Part shown: positions 51,445 through 63,817 of the stretch, piece after piece
Layout: each line of letters starts with the position of its first letter
Numbering within the stretch: the first letter of the stretch is position 1
From: Atractiella rhizophila
Taxonomy: Eukaryota
Direction: 5' to 3'
DNA: 64,000 nucleotides
Assembly: GCA_021432655.1 (NCBI GenBank)
Contig: MU271196.1
Location: 1-64,000, forward strand
Made by a program: the position numbers and the translations under genes
The notes under the pieces: model-generated
Seen by the model: the letters and a program-made list of their open reading frames with translations, nothing else
What the model was told of the DNA's origin: nothing
Database searches by the model: none

Positions 51445-52278
51445 AGACGCGACCAGCCCGTAAGAGAACTTCGGGGCAGTGGTTGCGAGGACAAGATGAA
51501 AGCGTATTGGGCAGCGAAACCACGACGCTCGAATCAACCCAACAAGGCAGCAGCTCGAAAAATCGAGAAATCAGGGAAGGGGAAACGCGACTCTGTTGCT
51601 TCAGGTTCAACTTTACATACTAATGGGACGATGTCGAAGAAACGAGGGCGACCTTCAAAAATATCTGTAGTGGAGACCGATGAAGAGGATAGGACGAGCA
51701 AGAAAAAGAAGAGAAAGGCGAATGATGTTGACGCCCCGGATGCTGAGGATTGGGCGGATCATCAGCTTGCTGATACGCTGCCTGCTGTCGCAAATAGGAC
51801 ATTCAAGGCTCTCCATGTCCAGTACAAGCATTTGAAAAACTGGGAGGTCTGTCTGTTCGTTCTGGGATCGGCAAAAATGAATGCGGTGGTGTAGAGCAAG
51901 GTGGATTCTATTGATACCATTCTTCAACGACCTCCACAATATCCTGGGGAAGGGCATCTAGTAGCCATTAACTGGTCCGTTTTTTTTTGCTCTGAATATC
52001 CCGGTGTGACGAATTTGGGACAGGCATTCCGATTTCTACTCATGGGTGCCGACAACAGTCGCAAATATGAAATGCCCACAGAAGGTCATTGCGGTGAGCC
52101 ACTTATCCTTTCCTCGACGCAACTGACACGGATGAAACAGTTTTATGAAAGGAACCTGACATTCAAGAACGCGGAGGGCGATGATGTAGAAGGAAGCGAG
52201 GAGCCGGAGGAAGTGGGTCACAGGGGTATGGAACTTGTCGAGGAGCAAATTAAGGAAGTGGAGATGGTTGGCGAGTGA
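51442..52278 (+). CDS. N-terminally truncated HP1 copy (hinge and chromoshadow domain only), started by a junction-created ATG
   Basis: ORF MRRDQPVRELRGSGCEDKMKAYWAAK... continues in frame into intact downstream HP1 exons. The chromodomain aromatic-cage exons are missing. Confidence 0.5.
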
Positions 52279-52685
52279 AGTCTACTTGGGTAGAGTGCCT
52301 CAATTTGCATCTGACTTGATAGGCTTGAAGGCTGCAAGGCTTTCAAGCCAAGCTTGAGCTATGGGAAAGGGTAATGAACCTACGCTTGTTTCTCTAATTT
52401 ATGTGTTTCTTAGTACCCGAGCTCTGAAACACTGAATTGGTTCTCGTATCTGCGAGTTGGCATTGTAGGAGAACTTCCAGAAGAGTCAGTCCAGGATAGG
52501 AGGAGAACAATGGGCAAGACACCACTGCCAGTGCACTCGCCGTCAAAACAACGATGGTTTCATCTAGCACTTGGATTTTCAGATTGGGATGCCAGGAGAT
52601 GAAATACAACGCGACGGCAGAGAGCATATGTTGGAAATTTATAACAGACTCACTATCTCAGCAGCTCTCAGATTGCAGCAGACGT

Positions 52686-53167
52686 TTAGTTTTGCTTCCA
52701 ATTCTTGTGCAATCCCTTGTCTACCGTCATCAGCCTCTCCAACAACATGTTCACGACATTCTCCTTGTTCTTCTCGTAAGAACTCTTCAGACCCTCGAGC
52801 TCCTTGTCAGTCTGCTCGTTCACATGTTTTTCGCCCTCAGTCGTGTCTCCAGAGTGCTGCAATAACCAACTTGAGCAACTTCCTGCGATCACAATCGAGG
52901 AGGGAACTTGAAACGGACGCACCTCTTTGGAGAACTGTTGAAAATCACCCTCCTTCGTAGCTTTGTATTCTTCAATCTCCTTCGCAGCTTGACTCCTTTC
53001 AACGATAATTTGACATGAGCACCTAAACTAGTTTGATGGGACTAAACGGAAGTGCCCAACCTGGCATCCTTCAATCGCTGAACTCGATACTCTCGAGCTT
53101 TGGAAACGATCTTCTGTGCTTCTTTCTCGGCTTCGAGAAGAGTCTGAATGCCTTGAGATGAAGACAT
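52686..53167 (-). CDS. VMA10: V-type proton ATPase subunit G
   Basis: MSSSQGIQTLLEAEKEAQKIVSKAREYRVQRLKDAR|SQAAKEIEEYKATKEGDF...VVNMLLERLMTVDKGLHKNWKQN. Confidence 0.95.
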
Positions 53168-53448
53168 TGTGATCAGCTTTAGTCTGCCAGTGCAGTAAGG
53201 GGCTAACATTGTTGTGAAGCCTTTCCAATAGATCAGCGGAGCTTTCACATCCACGAAAGAGATAGCTTACCATGTCAACCCTTTGATCCTGCTGGCAAGC
53301 TGAACTCGAGAGGTAAACGATATGAACCACTGATTGAAGTCTACTGTGGTCGCCGTGTTCGGTTCCGCAACTCTTGCATGTATGTCATGGTTTCTGTCAC
53401 TATTAGATCTCAAATTTCATTTCACTGGCATGTAATGTCTGATGGCCA

Positions 53449-55187
53449 ATGGCAGCGCAGACACAGAGGAAAGAAGGAATAGATGTGGCGAAAGCTGCCT
53501 GGCAAGATTTAGAGCAGACAATGTCGCAATGGCTTGTGCGCTGGCAGGCGCAGATTGTGTTTGATGGTTCCATTGATGATACCATCTTCAGAAATTTTTG
53601 GACAACAATTGCAACTCAAGTCTTCAGCATTCAAGTTCACATAAATAAGGCTACAGGAGAGGTTGTGTTGGATCATCAAACTGACAAGAATGTTGCTTCC
53701 CCTTCGTTCGAATACTTCGAATTTGGACCTTCCAGCTTCCAGTGTGCACAATCTCGCAATATCTGTGTTTTCTAAACTGACCAGGGTTCTAGGCAGTCGT
53801 TAAAACATATTGATCAAAACCTTAGTAAAAGGCTCCGTTCAGCCAGGACTTCTTCCCAAAATACTTCTGAGCCCCCCCTGCCAATGCCAAGATGTAACTC
53901 TCCTTTGGGCAGTCTACCTACGGAGCTACTTATTTCGATTTTCTCGTTTGTGGTAGACGGTTGGACCATGGAAAACTTCAACCTACTTTGCATAGCGAGA
54001 CGCATTCAGCCAATTGTAAGTCCATGACTTGCACACCGTTGTGAATGATTCAGGACGAGATTGAACAGATCGGGCATCTTTTGTGTGAGAAACCACCAGA
54101 ACTGCGTTCTTACAAGGATGTTGACAAGCTCCTTCGATACTTGGACCTTTATCCGACTTACGCTCCCTCAGTGAAATACCTGTCTATTCGACTTAAAAAC
54201 TCTGATACCAGATTATCTCCAAACAGGTCGATAGACCCTGTCGCTCGCATGGATCACCTCTCTCTCGCGAAGCTGTGCTATTTGTGTACGAACATTCAGA
54301 AACTCACATTCTGGTCTCCTTTCGAGTTTCCACACGATCTCGGCCAGAATGATCCAGACTTTGACATGTTTGGTTTTAACTCATTGTGTCACATCCAACT
54401 TTTCAACAACCAACATGGATTCTTGGTCTCGCTCCTTCGAAAGTATATACGCATTACCACCCTAGAGATCCTTGGAAGAGAGGGGTACTTTCGTGGATGG
54501 TTGGGAGTCATTTCTCTAACATCTATTCTACCACACTCAGAGTATTCACAATCTTCGAAGGATGTTCTGCCCAATTTTCCACTCCTCCCAGTCGGTCTCA
54601 CCTCCATTCTGATGCCAGATTCGGGGAACAACCGATCTGTTACAACAGTACCGGACATTCTTGTTCACGATCTTGGTCTCAACTCGACCTTTCCTCCTCT
54701 CCAAGTGCTTGAACTAGATTTGGCTGATCACGAAGCTGACAAACTTTTATTTCCACTACTCCGAAGGATCAAGCGGTCAATCAGAAGTTTGCGGTTGTCA
54801 GGCAATGACTATAGTATCGAAGCTGCTCTGACAAGCAGAGGCGAGAGAAGTTCACATTGCAACCAGTTCTATTCCTTGCTCCTCCAATGTGAGAATTTGC
54901 AACTCCTTAGCCTTCACTATCTATGGCTGGCGGCTTGGGATCATGGATCAACAGGATATTTTACACCTGCACTGCGCACGCTGATTGTCGACCAAATCAC
55001 AGGGACTTCGATTGATTTTGCTTTATGGCTTTCCACGATCATTTGTGCTTCTGTACCGCTTTCGACCGTGAAAACCCACTTTATGAGGGAGGAGTCGCCG
55101 TTCACCGAAGAGGAAGCGCAACTGTGGAAAACCATCTTCCACACTCACGGTGTCACTTTTATTAACGCGTACGATTGGTGTCTATAG
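53449..55187 (+). CDS. Array F-box protein, copy 1 (3 exons)
   Basis: Exon 1 AWQDLEQTMSQWLVRWQAQIVFDGSIDD; exon 2 F-box LGSLPTELLISIFSFV; exon 3 LRR/RNI-like region. The introns preserve the frame. Confidence 0.8.
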
Positions 55188-55199
55188 AACATTATACAC

Positions 55200-56200
55200 T
55201 GGTAGGAAGTAAACTGCCTTATCCCCGCGCGGAACACGATCCATACTCCGAAATCGCCTGAAATGCTGAAGAGCCTGTCGCTGTACGCATCCATTAAGGC
55301 TGTCGCATTTATCGAGAGACGGACCACAATATTGTCACAACGTTCCCTTCCTTCCCTTTGGCTCTCCATCGACGAGAAATTCGCATGGCTCTTACGAAAA
55401 TGACGACGCTCGAGCTTCCAAGAACAATTCACGTTGTTTAGGCGAATGACGAGATATGAATGGGTTATGATGAAACACTCTGATCATTCGCCCGGTAATC
55501 GGGACGTTTCGTCATCACAAAGAGTTTCTTAGCCCATATCTTCCAGCTGGGACTAGAGCTCCCCTTCCGGATGACGTGGGCGAATCCGACAGTGAAGAGG
55601 AGCGGGTTTGGGGTTGGAGAGGTGAGGGAAGGGAGAAGATGTGGACAGTACAACACTCTCGTTTACTGCGACCAGTCGCTTATACCAGGGGGAACGGATA
55701 GTGTGATGGGGTGTAGATATTCATCGGCTTACTTGCGCGCCACATTCACATGGTGATTCTCGTCGACGATGGATCTCGGTATGACTGCTCTTTGGCGTCA
55801 GCTTATTGTATATACCAAAGAGCTACCAATCTCCAACGCAGCTGCCAAAATTGTGCCAAAGGCACCAAGTTTGTCAAGTTTGTGCGTGGTGTTGTCGAAG
55901 TCTGATGGGAGAAGAATGTAAGTCGTGGACGAAATTGCTCTACTCCACTCTCCCTCTCCCTCTCCGAAGCTTCAAGTCGACAAGACGCAAGACGCAATTA
56001 TCAGCAATTTGACAGCACACCAGGAAAGAGTGAATGACTGTCCGGGTTGCGTACAGGCTTTTCTCGGCCCTCCCGAGTGTCAGCTGCTTCGAGTTCGCAA
56101 CTAAGATCGGGGATGTTTCGAGTTGCACCGACTGGTTTACGGGATGACAGTGGCGCTCTGGAAGCGGTGGGGGAGACGGAGAGGTGGACCAGTAAGCATG
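55200..56200 (-). pseudogene. Heavily decayed cysteine-synthase-like relic 1
   Basis: Minus-strand remnants SIVDENHHVNVARK and LFLGSSSVV...MRISRRWRAKGKEGNVVTIL, homologous to relic 3. Boundaries are approximate. Confidence 0.65.
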
Positions 56201-56784
56201 CACTCAGAAGGGAAGTGTCAGGGGAAGCGTACTCTTGTGAGCTAGTCGAGAAGGAAAGTGAGCAAGCTAGTAAAACGAAGGAAGGGAACATGTACACCAG
56301 CAAAAAGTGACATATAGACATACCTTCACTTACACTTCGAATACGTCTTTGACAGGTCTCCAAAATTCGACGAATTGCCGCGTCTCCTACTCTCCCACTT
56401 GAACTACCGTCGTTTCTCTCTCATATTTGTAATAGCTACTATCACTTCACCACCAGATTCCAATCACTGACAATGCATCCTCCAACCCATCTGATGGACG
56501 GAGCGGAGTCGCTGAGCATTTACGCTGGTATGCACGGCAGTGGCTGTCGATGAATATCCTTTCATTCCTCTTTGCTGGAGTGGGTTAAAGCGGCTTTACT
56601 GTAGTTTGTTCACAGAATGAGTTTACAGTGAATGTTGTGAATAAGGACTCGATGGGGAAATGTTTGCCGTACGGGTCCGATACTGTACATGCTTTGGTCC
56701 TGTTTACATTCAATGCATGCTGGCTCAGCAGCTCCGACTCTAACGGACGACGACATTATCCCAGGCAGAGGCTACCCAGTAACT

Positions 56785-58559
56785 ATGGCTTCACAGGGAA
56801 AAGGAATACAAATGGCGAGAATTGCCTGGAAAGACTTAGAGCTGACATTATCCCAGTGGCTTGTCCGATGGGAGGCGCAGATTTTATTCGATGGTTCAAT
56901 TGACGATGTTATCTTCAAGAATTTTTGGATGACAATCGCGACTCAAGTCCTCAGTATGAGAACTCACATAAATATGATCACAGGAGATTTTGCTCCAGCG
57001 TCCAATGCTGCATCTCCTTTTTTCGAGTCCTTTCAATTCGACCTTTCCAGTTTGAAGTAAGCGCAATCTCTACCATATCTCGTCTTTTTAAACTGATCCA
57101 GGCTCCAGGCAGTCGTTCAAACTTTTTGGGTGGAACCTTTGCAACAACCTACGTTCAGCTAATACTGTGCGTTTACAACTGACTAAGCAAAATGCTCCCC
57201 AGCGCCATCCTCCAAAAAGTATCTCACCGTTGGACTGTCTACCCACGGAGCTACTTTTTTCGATTTTCTCTTTCGTAGTGGACCGTTGGACCACGGCAAC
57301 TTACAGGCTACTCCGCATATCGAGACGCACTCAACCAATTGTAAGTCTCTCCGTGGACCATCATGTGAATTATTTACTATGAGTGTAAACAGATCAGGCA
57401 TCTCTTGTGCAGAAAACCACCTGACGTACGTTCTTATAAGGATGTCGACAGGCTCCTTCGATACCTGACCATTTATCCAACTTGCGGTCCCTCAGTTAAA
57501 CACTTGAGGATTGCACTCAAGAATAGTGACATGTCGGTAGCTTTGAATTCGTCCCTTGACCTTACCACTCTTATGGGCGGCTTTTCTCTCGCGAAACTGT
57601 GCTATTTGTGCAAGAACGTTCGGACGCTCACTTTTTGGACTCCTTTCCACTTTCGATGCGATCCTGGTCAGAATAGTCCGAACATCAATAGGACGTTCGG
57701 TTTTCTCGCGTTGCGTCACATCCAGGTTTTTAACGACGAGCCTGGTTTTTTAGTCTCTCTGCTTCAAAAATATCCACATATTAGCAAATTGGAGGTCTTG
57801 CAGGGGGATGGAGATCGAGATTGGTTCGGCGATTTTGAACCGTATGATGCTTGGTACCCGCGTTATTGGTACTCGCGTCAGTCCCGGCGGACAACCATAA
57901 AGGATGCTCTGCCCAATTCGCCACTGCTCCCAAGCGAGCTCACTTCCATTCTCATGACTCAATATGAGGAGGACGCAAATCTAACGACAATACCGGACAT
58001 TATTGTTCACGATCTTCGCCTAGCATCGCACTTTCCCCCTCTTCAAGTCCTTGAGCTGACACTCTTTTGTCACAAACCTGACGAACTTTTATTTCCACTA
58101 CTAAAGAAGATCAAAGGGTCAATTAAAAGCTTGCGACTTGCAGGTAACAAACATAGTATTGATCCTCTCTTGACGCACAGCGGCCAGCGGAGCTCACTTT
58201 GCTACCAGTTCTATGCCCTACTAGTGGAATGTAGAAATTTGGAATTCCTGGGCCTCACGACTTTGCGTCTGGCTGCTTGGGACCATGGCTTGACAGGATA
58301 TCTTACCCCCGCACTGCGCACTCTGATGCTTGACCGAATTACAGGGACTTCCGCCGATTTTGGTTTGTGGTTGTCCACAATCGTTTCTGCTTCGTTACCC
58401 CTGTCAACTGTGAGAACACACTTTTTGACGGACGAAGAGCCCCGATTTCCCGGCTCTGACCAGGACGTCCAGAGGTGGCAGACTATTTTTCAGAGCCACG
58501 GTGTCAAATTTACCCAAACATACGATTACTGCTTTGATCCAGATGATGATATGGACTGA
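56785..58559 (+). CDS. Array F-box protein, copy 2 (3 exons)
   Basis: MASQGKGIQMARIAWKDLELTLSQWLVRW; F-box LDCLPTELLFSIFSFV; same intron positions; 384-aa terminal exon. Confidence 0.82.
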
Positions 58560-58670
58560 GTGGCAATGGGAAGAGCGCTTGTTTCTGAAAGTGTGAAACC
58601 AAGAAGTGTTGTGCATTGTGTTAGTGCTATGATTGATGTTTTAACCAGAATATGTACTGTATACTGGAGG

Positions 58671-59400
58671 TCAGGCTTCCGGATCGTCCATAATGTCTTG
58701 TACAGTATCCTGAAGCCGTATTCCCCATTCAGCAACAAGTTCATCGTTCCAAAATCGCTTGAAGTGCCAACTACCGCTATCGCTATCGTGGTTGGATTTG
58801 TATCAGGGAAGAGGAACCATAAAACGGTCACACTATTTCCTTCCTTCCCTTGAGCGTTCCATTGACGAGCAATGCGCGCATGGCTGCGACGAGATTCACA
58901 GCGCTGGAGCTTCCAAAATACAGTCCATCCTGTTTGAGCAAGTGACGGACATGCGACAGCTACATGGGCAGATAGGCTGTGTAAAATAAGTGTGACTGCT
59001 CTTTGTCTTCAACTTGTTGCGTACGCTAAGTGGAATACTGATCCCCCTAAGCGGCGCAATGTTTAATATCTGATGGGAGAACACTGTCTGGTGCGGACGG
59101 AATTGTTCTACTTTACCCTTCCTCTCTGTCTTCGAACCCTCCAGTTGACAAGACGAAATTCAGCAAAATCAGGAACACCGAATGGACAAATATCAAGGAC
59201 TGTCGGGGCCTGTGCACAACTGCACAACTCTTCCTTGGCCGTCCCGAATGCAGGGTGCTTTGTATTCGAAACTAGGTGTCAAATTGTGGATGCCTTCAAG
59301 TTGTACTGACTGGATTGCAGTGGATGACGTTGGCGCTCCGGAGGCGGCAGGGAGAAAGAGGACGAGCATATGAGTAAGCATGCACCTAGAAAGAAAGTGT
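58671..59400 (-). pseudogene. Cysteine-synthase-like relic 2 (internally deleted, frameshifted)
   Basis: RHLLKQDGLYFGSSSAVNLVAAM...DSGSWHFKRFWNDELVAEWGIRLQDTVQDIMDDPEA*. The middle exons seen in relic 3 are missing. Confidence 0.75.
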
Positions 59401-59888
59401 CAACGGGAAGTGTACTTGGGAAGGGAAGTGAGCAAGCTAAGCATAACTGAGGAAGGGACAAGAACGGACCAGGTAAAATCAGGGTAAACTTGAAGAGTTG
59501 ACATACACACAACCTACTGTTCACTTCGATTAAACTCTTCAACCCAGGTATCCAAAGCCTTGGCAAGTTGCCACCCTTCTTACTATCCCAGCCTCCTACT
59601 CCCACTTGAACCACCGTCGTCGCTCTCTCGTTGTAATACAGGGAATAGCTACGAAACAGTCAATCCTTCTCCCTCGGATACCACTGGTAGTCAACCCATC
59701 CATCTGATGCACCGGACCGATTTGCTCTATTCACGACTGCACACGCCAGCAGTACTCGTCAATGAAAACCCTTTCAAATTTCACTCCAGTTTATACCGAG
59801 TTCTTATTTATGCAGTGAATGCAGTGGCCGCTGTTCGACGGCACCGGCTCTAAAACCGTGACGTACGAACAGTTGTATCGCAGGCAAT

Positions 59889-61641
59889 ATGCAATACCCA
59901 AGCTACCCAATAACTATGGCCTCACAGAGGAAAGGAATACAAATGGCGAGAGTTGCCTGGAACGACTTGGAGCAAACATTGTCCCGGTGGCTTGTCCAAT
60001 GGGAGGCGCTGATTTTATTCGACGGTTCAGTTGATGATACTATCTTCAGGAATTTTTGGACAACAATAGCAACTCAAGTCCTCAGTATCGAAACTCATAT
60101 AAATACGATTACGGGAGGGTTTGCCCGAGCTTCCAATGTTGCATCTCCTTTTTTTGAGCCCTTTCAGTTCGACCTCTCCAGTTTGAAGTATGCACCATAT
60201 CTTTGTGTTCTTAAACTGACCCAGGCTCTAGGCAGTCGTTCAGACTTTTTGGTTGGAACCTTTGTAACCACCTCCGTTCATCTAATACTCTCCGTTCGCA
60301 TCTGATCAAATCAAATGCTCCTGAGCGCCAACCTCCAACACGTGTCTCTCCATTGGACTGTCTACCCACGGAGCTACTTTTTTTGATTTTCTCTTTCGTA
60401 GTGGACCGTTGGACCACGGCAAATTATGGGCTACTTCTCATATCAAGACGGACTCAACCAATTGTAAGTCTCCGTGGACCATCATGTGAATTATTTACTA
60501 TAAATTTACACAGATCAGGCATCTTTTGTGCGAAAAACCACCTGATGTACGTTCTTATGAAGATGTCGACAGGCTCCTTCGATACCTGACCACTTATCCA
60601 ACTTGCGGTCCCTCAGTTAAACAATTGAGGATTGCACTCAAAAATCGTGACGAGACTTCCAATTCATCACCTGACGTTGCCACTCTTATGAACGACTTCT
60701 CTCTCGCGAAACTGTGTTATTTGTGCAAGAACGTTCGGACGCTCACTTTTTGGACTCCGTTCCACTTTCGATGCGATCCTGGTCAGAATAGTCCGGACAT
60801 CAACAGGGCGTTTGGTTTTCTCGCTTTGCATCACATCCAGGTTTACAACAATAACCCCGGTTTTTTGGTTGCCCTCCTTCAGAAATATCCCCGTATTACC
60901 ACACTGGAGGTCTTGACGGAGGATGGTTCTCGAGGTTGGTTTGGAGACTTAGAACCACTAGATCATTGGTACCCGCGTCAGTCCTGGCCGACCCTAAAGG
61001 ATGTTCTGCCCAATTCGCCACTCCTTCCAAGTGGCCTCACCTCCATTCTAATGACTGAGTATGGGGATGACTCAAATCTTACGACAATACCTGACATTAT
61101 TGTTCACGATCTTGGTCTGAACACGGGCTTTCCCCCTCTGCAAGTTCTTGAACTAGCTCTTTTCCAGCACAAAACAGACGAGCTTTTATTTCCACTACTA
61201 AAACAGATCAAAGGAACAATTAAAAGCTTACGACTGGCAGGCGACAGATATAGTATTGATCCTGCCTTGACGACCAAAGGCGAGAGAAGTCCACTTTGCT
61301 ACCAGTTCTATGCCCTGTTGGTTGAATGTAGAAGTCTAGAATTCCTTGGCCTCACCACCTTGCATCTGGCCGCTTGGGACCACGGGTTGAATGGGTATCT
61401 TACACCAGCATTAGGCACGCTGATTCTGGACCGAATCACAGGGACTTCGCTTGATTTTGGTTTGTGGCTGTCCACGATCATTTCTGCTTCTTTACCTCTC
61501 TCTACTGTGAAAACCCACTTTTTGACAGAGGACCCCCAATTTGCCAGCTCTGAACAGGAAATCCAAAGGTGGAAAACTATTTTTCAAACTTACGGCGTCG
61601 CTTTCACCCAGTTGTACGACTGGGACCTTGGGATCGATTGA
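59889..61641 (+). CDS. Array F-box protein, copy 3 (3 exons)
   Basis: MQYPSYPITMASQRKGIQMARVAWNDLEQTLSRWLVQW; F-box LDCLPTELLFLIFSFV; 371-aa terminal exon. Confidence 0.82.
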
Positions 61642-61761
61642 TCCTTGGATTGAGCGGAAATGAAGTGAACTTATTCATGAAAGGGAGAAAGAAAGAAACG
61701 CAGCACATTGGTTTAGTGACATGATTGAGTTTTGACCAAAATATGTACTATATGCAGGAGC

Positions 61762-63300
61762 TCAAGCTTCTGGATCGTCCATAATGTCTTGGATAGAATC
61801 CTGCAGCCGTATTCCCCGCTCAGCAACAAGTTCGTCTTTCCAAAATCGCTTGAAGTGCCGACTACCGCTATCGCTATAGTCGTCCGGCGTGAGCCTATTC
61901 ATATTTACCGAAGTGTCAGCGGAAAGACGAACCACAAAACGGTCACAATGTTTCCTTCCCTCCCTTGAGCGCTCCACTGACGAGCTACTCGCATGGCTGC
62001 AACGAGATTCACCGCGCTGGAGCTTCCAACGAACAGTCCATCTTGTTTGAGCAAGTGGCGGGACATGACGACGGCTTCATGATCTGACACACTGCGTGAA
62101 AATGGTTAAGGTGCGAAAGAGACAACAGCGGAAGACCAACCGAACCACATCGTCGATATTACGGAACGAAAGCCGCATATTATGGGTGGAGCGATTCAGA
62201 CCAACCCCTTCAACGATTTGTGTTGAGCGTTGAGAGCTGTAGAAGAGGAGGAGGCAGGAAATTACAGAATCAATTTGGTGGTGACGTCTTGTCCCTTCAG
62301 CTTCTGTATCTGCAAACAAGACCCCATGTTTCACCTAGACGGAGATCAGACAGAGATGTGTACACAGTGCCAGAGACACACCTTGTTGCACAATCCACTT
62401 CCTTGCGGATCCCCCAGAACGGCATAAGGGTTCCTTCAGATACTTCCCCTATTCCCGCCATCGTCCCTTCAGTACCTAGGTCCCTCTCTTTCAGTTCCGA
62501 CGACAACCGAGGGAGGAGAAGTGCCCACCCATTCCCGAAACGAAACAATCTATCTCTCCCCTCATCTGCCTCCAAATCTCCGGTCCGCTCTCCTCCAAAT
62601 GTACCTTATAATTTTCCAAATTCTCAAACTGGTCCACGAACAACGCACAGCCTTCTTCTGGTAACTGTCAGGAATCGTCATCCCCGTAGAGCTCTTCACC
62701 CACATCTCCCAACTGGGACAAGAACCCTCCCTTCTTGGGAGACGATCCGACACTGAAAAGACCGGGTTTGGGGTTCAGGATGTCGGCGAAGGAGGAAGAG
62801 GTGGAAAGGATGGCGCTCTCGTTCACAGCTTCACAGTGATCCCTTCCGTCAGACTAAGTAGGGCGAGTAGTGTGACCTGCTTTCGATATTCAGTGGCTCT
62901 CTTGCGCCGGCATTCACGTGGTGATTCTTGTCAACTGTGTGACTGTTCTTTGTCTTCGAGTTGAGTACGCCAAATGGAAGCGGACATACTGTGAATATCT
63001 GATGGGAGAACAATGTCTGGTGCGGACGGAGTTGTTTTACCTTACCCTCCCTCTCTGTCTTTGAACTTTTAAGTTGATAAGACGAAGGTTCAGCAAAACC
63101 AGGAAGACCGAATTGACACAAGATCAAGAAAGCTGTGCGCAGCTCTTCCCTCCCTGTCCCGAATGCAAGGTGCTTCGTGTTCCAAATTAGACGTCAGATT
63201 ATGGATACCTTGAAGTTTTACAGACTGGATTGCCGTGGATGACGTTGGCGTGCAGGAGGCGGCGGGGAGAAAGAGGGCAGGGAGGGGCTGAGGAGTAAGC
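61762..63300 (-). pseudogene. Cysteine synthase (Cys2/MCY1-like, PLP fold II) pseudogene, best-preserved relic 3
   Basis: DQFENLENYKVHLEESGPEIWRQM...GTEGTMAGIG[frameshift]KYLKE...DPQGSGL..K|VKHGVLF..TEAEGTRRHHQIDS|IVEGVGLNR...|HEAVVMSRHLLKQDGLFVGSSSAVN...DSGSRHFKRFW. Introns are retained. No intact PLP-lysine exon was found. Confidence 0.85.
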
Positions 63301-63817
63301 ATGCGCGTCAGAATGGGAGTGTCAAGGGGAAGTGTGCTCCTGCGAACTAGTTGAGAAGAGAAGTGAGCAAGCTAAGCATAGCGGAGGAAGGGACCAGGTA
63401 AATCAGGATGAAGTTGACATATGTACATAGCATGGCACTGATCACTTTGAATAAACTCTTCAACACAGTCTTGGCAAGTTGCTACGCATCTTCCTTTCCT
63501 CACCTCCTGGTTCTAATTAAACCACCGTCGTCGCTCTTTCATTGTAATATCCAGGAAATAGCTACGAAACAGTCAACCTTTCATCCCCAGATTCCAAACA
63601 CTGGTAGCCAACCCATCTATCGGATGGACGGGACCGATTCACTGATTATTCACATTCACAACGGCACGGGCAGCAGTCTCGTCAATGCACATTCTTTCAG
63701 CTCGCTCCAGTTTATACCAGAGTGAATTAAAGTTGCTTTGGTCTTATTTATACCGTGAACGTAGTCGGCGGTTCCGACTGTAACTTGAACCAGACGAACA
63801 GTTATATCACAGGCAAT

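Larger units (their letters stand above)
49735..53150. repeat. Direct tandem duplication of about 1.71 kb (49735-51444 and 51445-53150)
   Basis: Both copies start agacgcgaccagcccgtaagag and end cgagaagagtctgaatg. The junction gaatg|agacgc is blunt. Confidence 0.97.
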
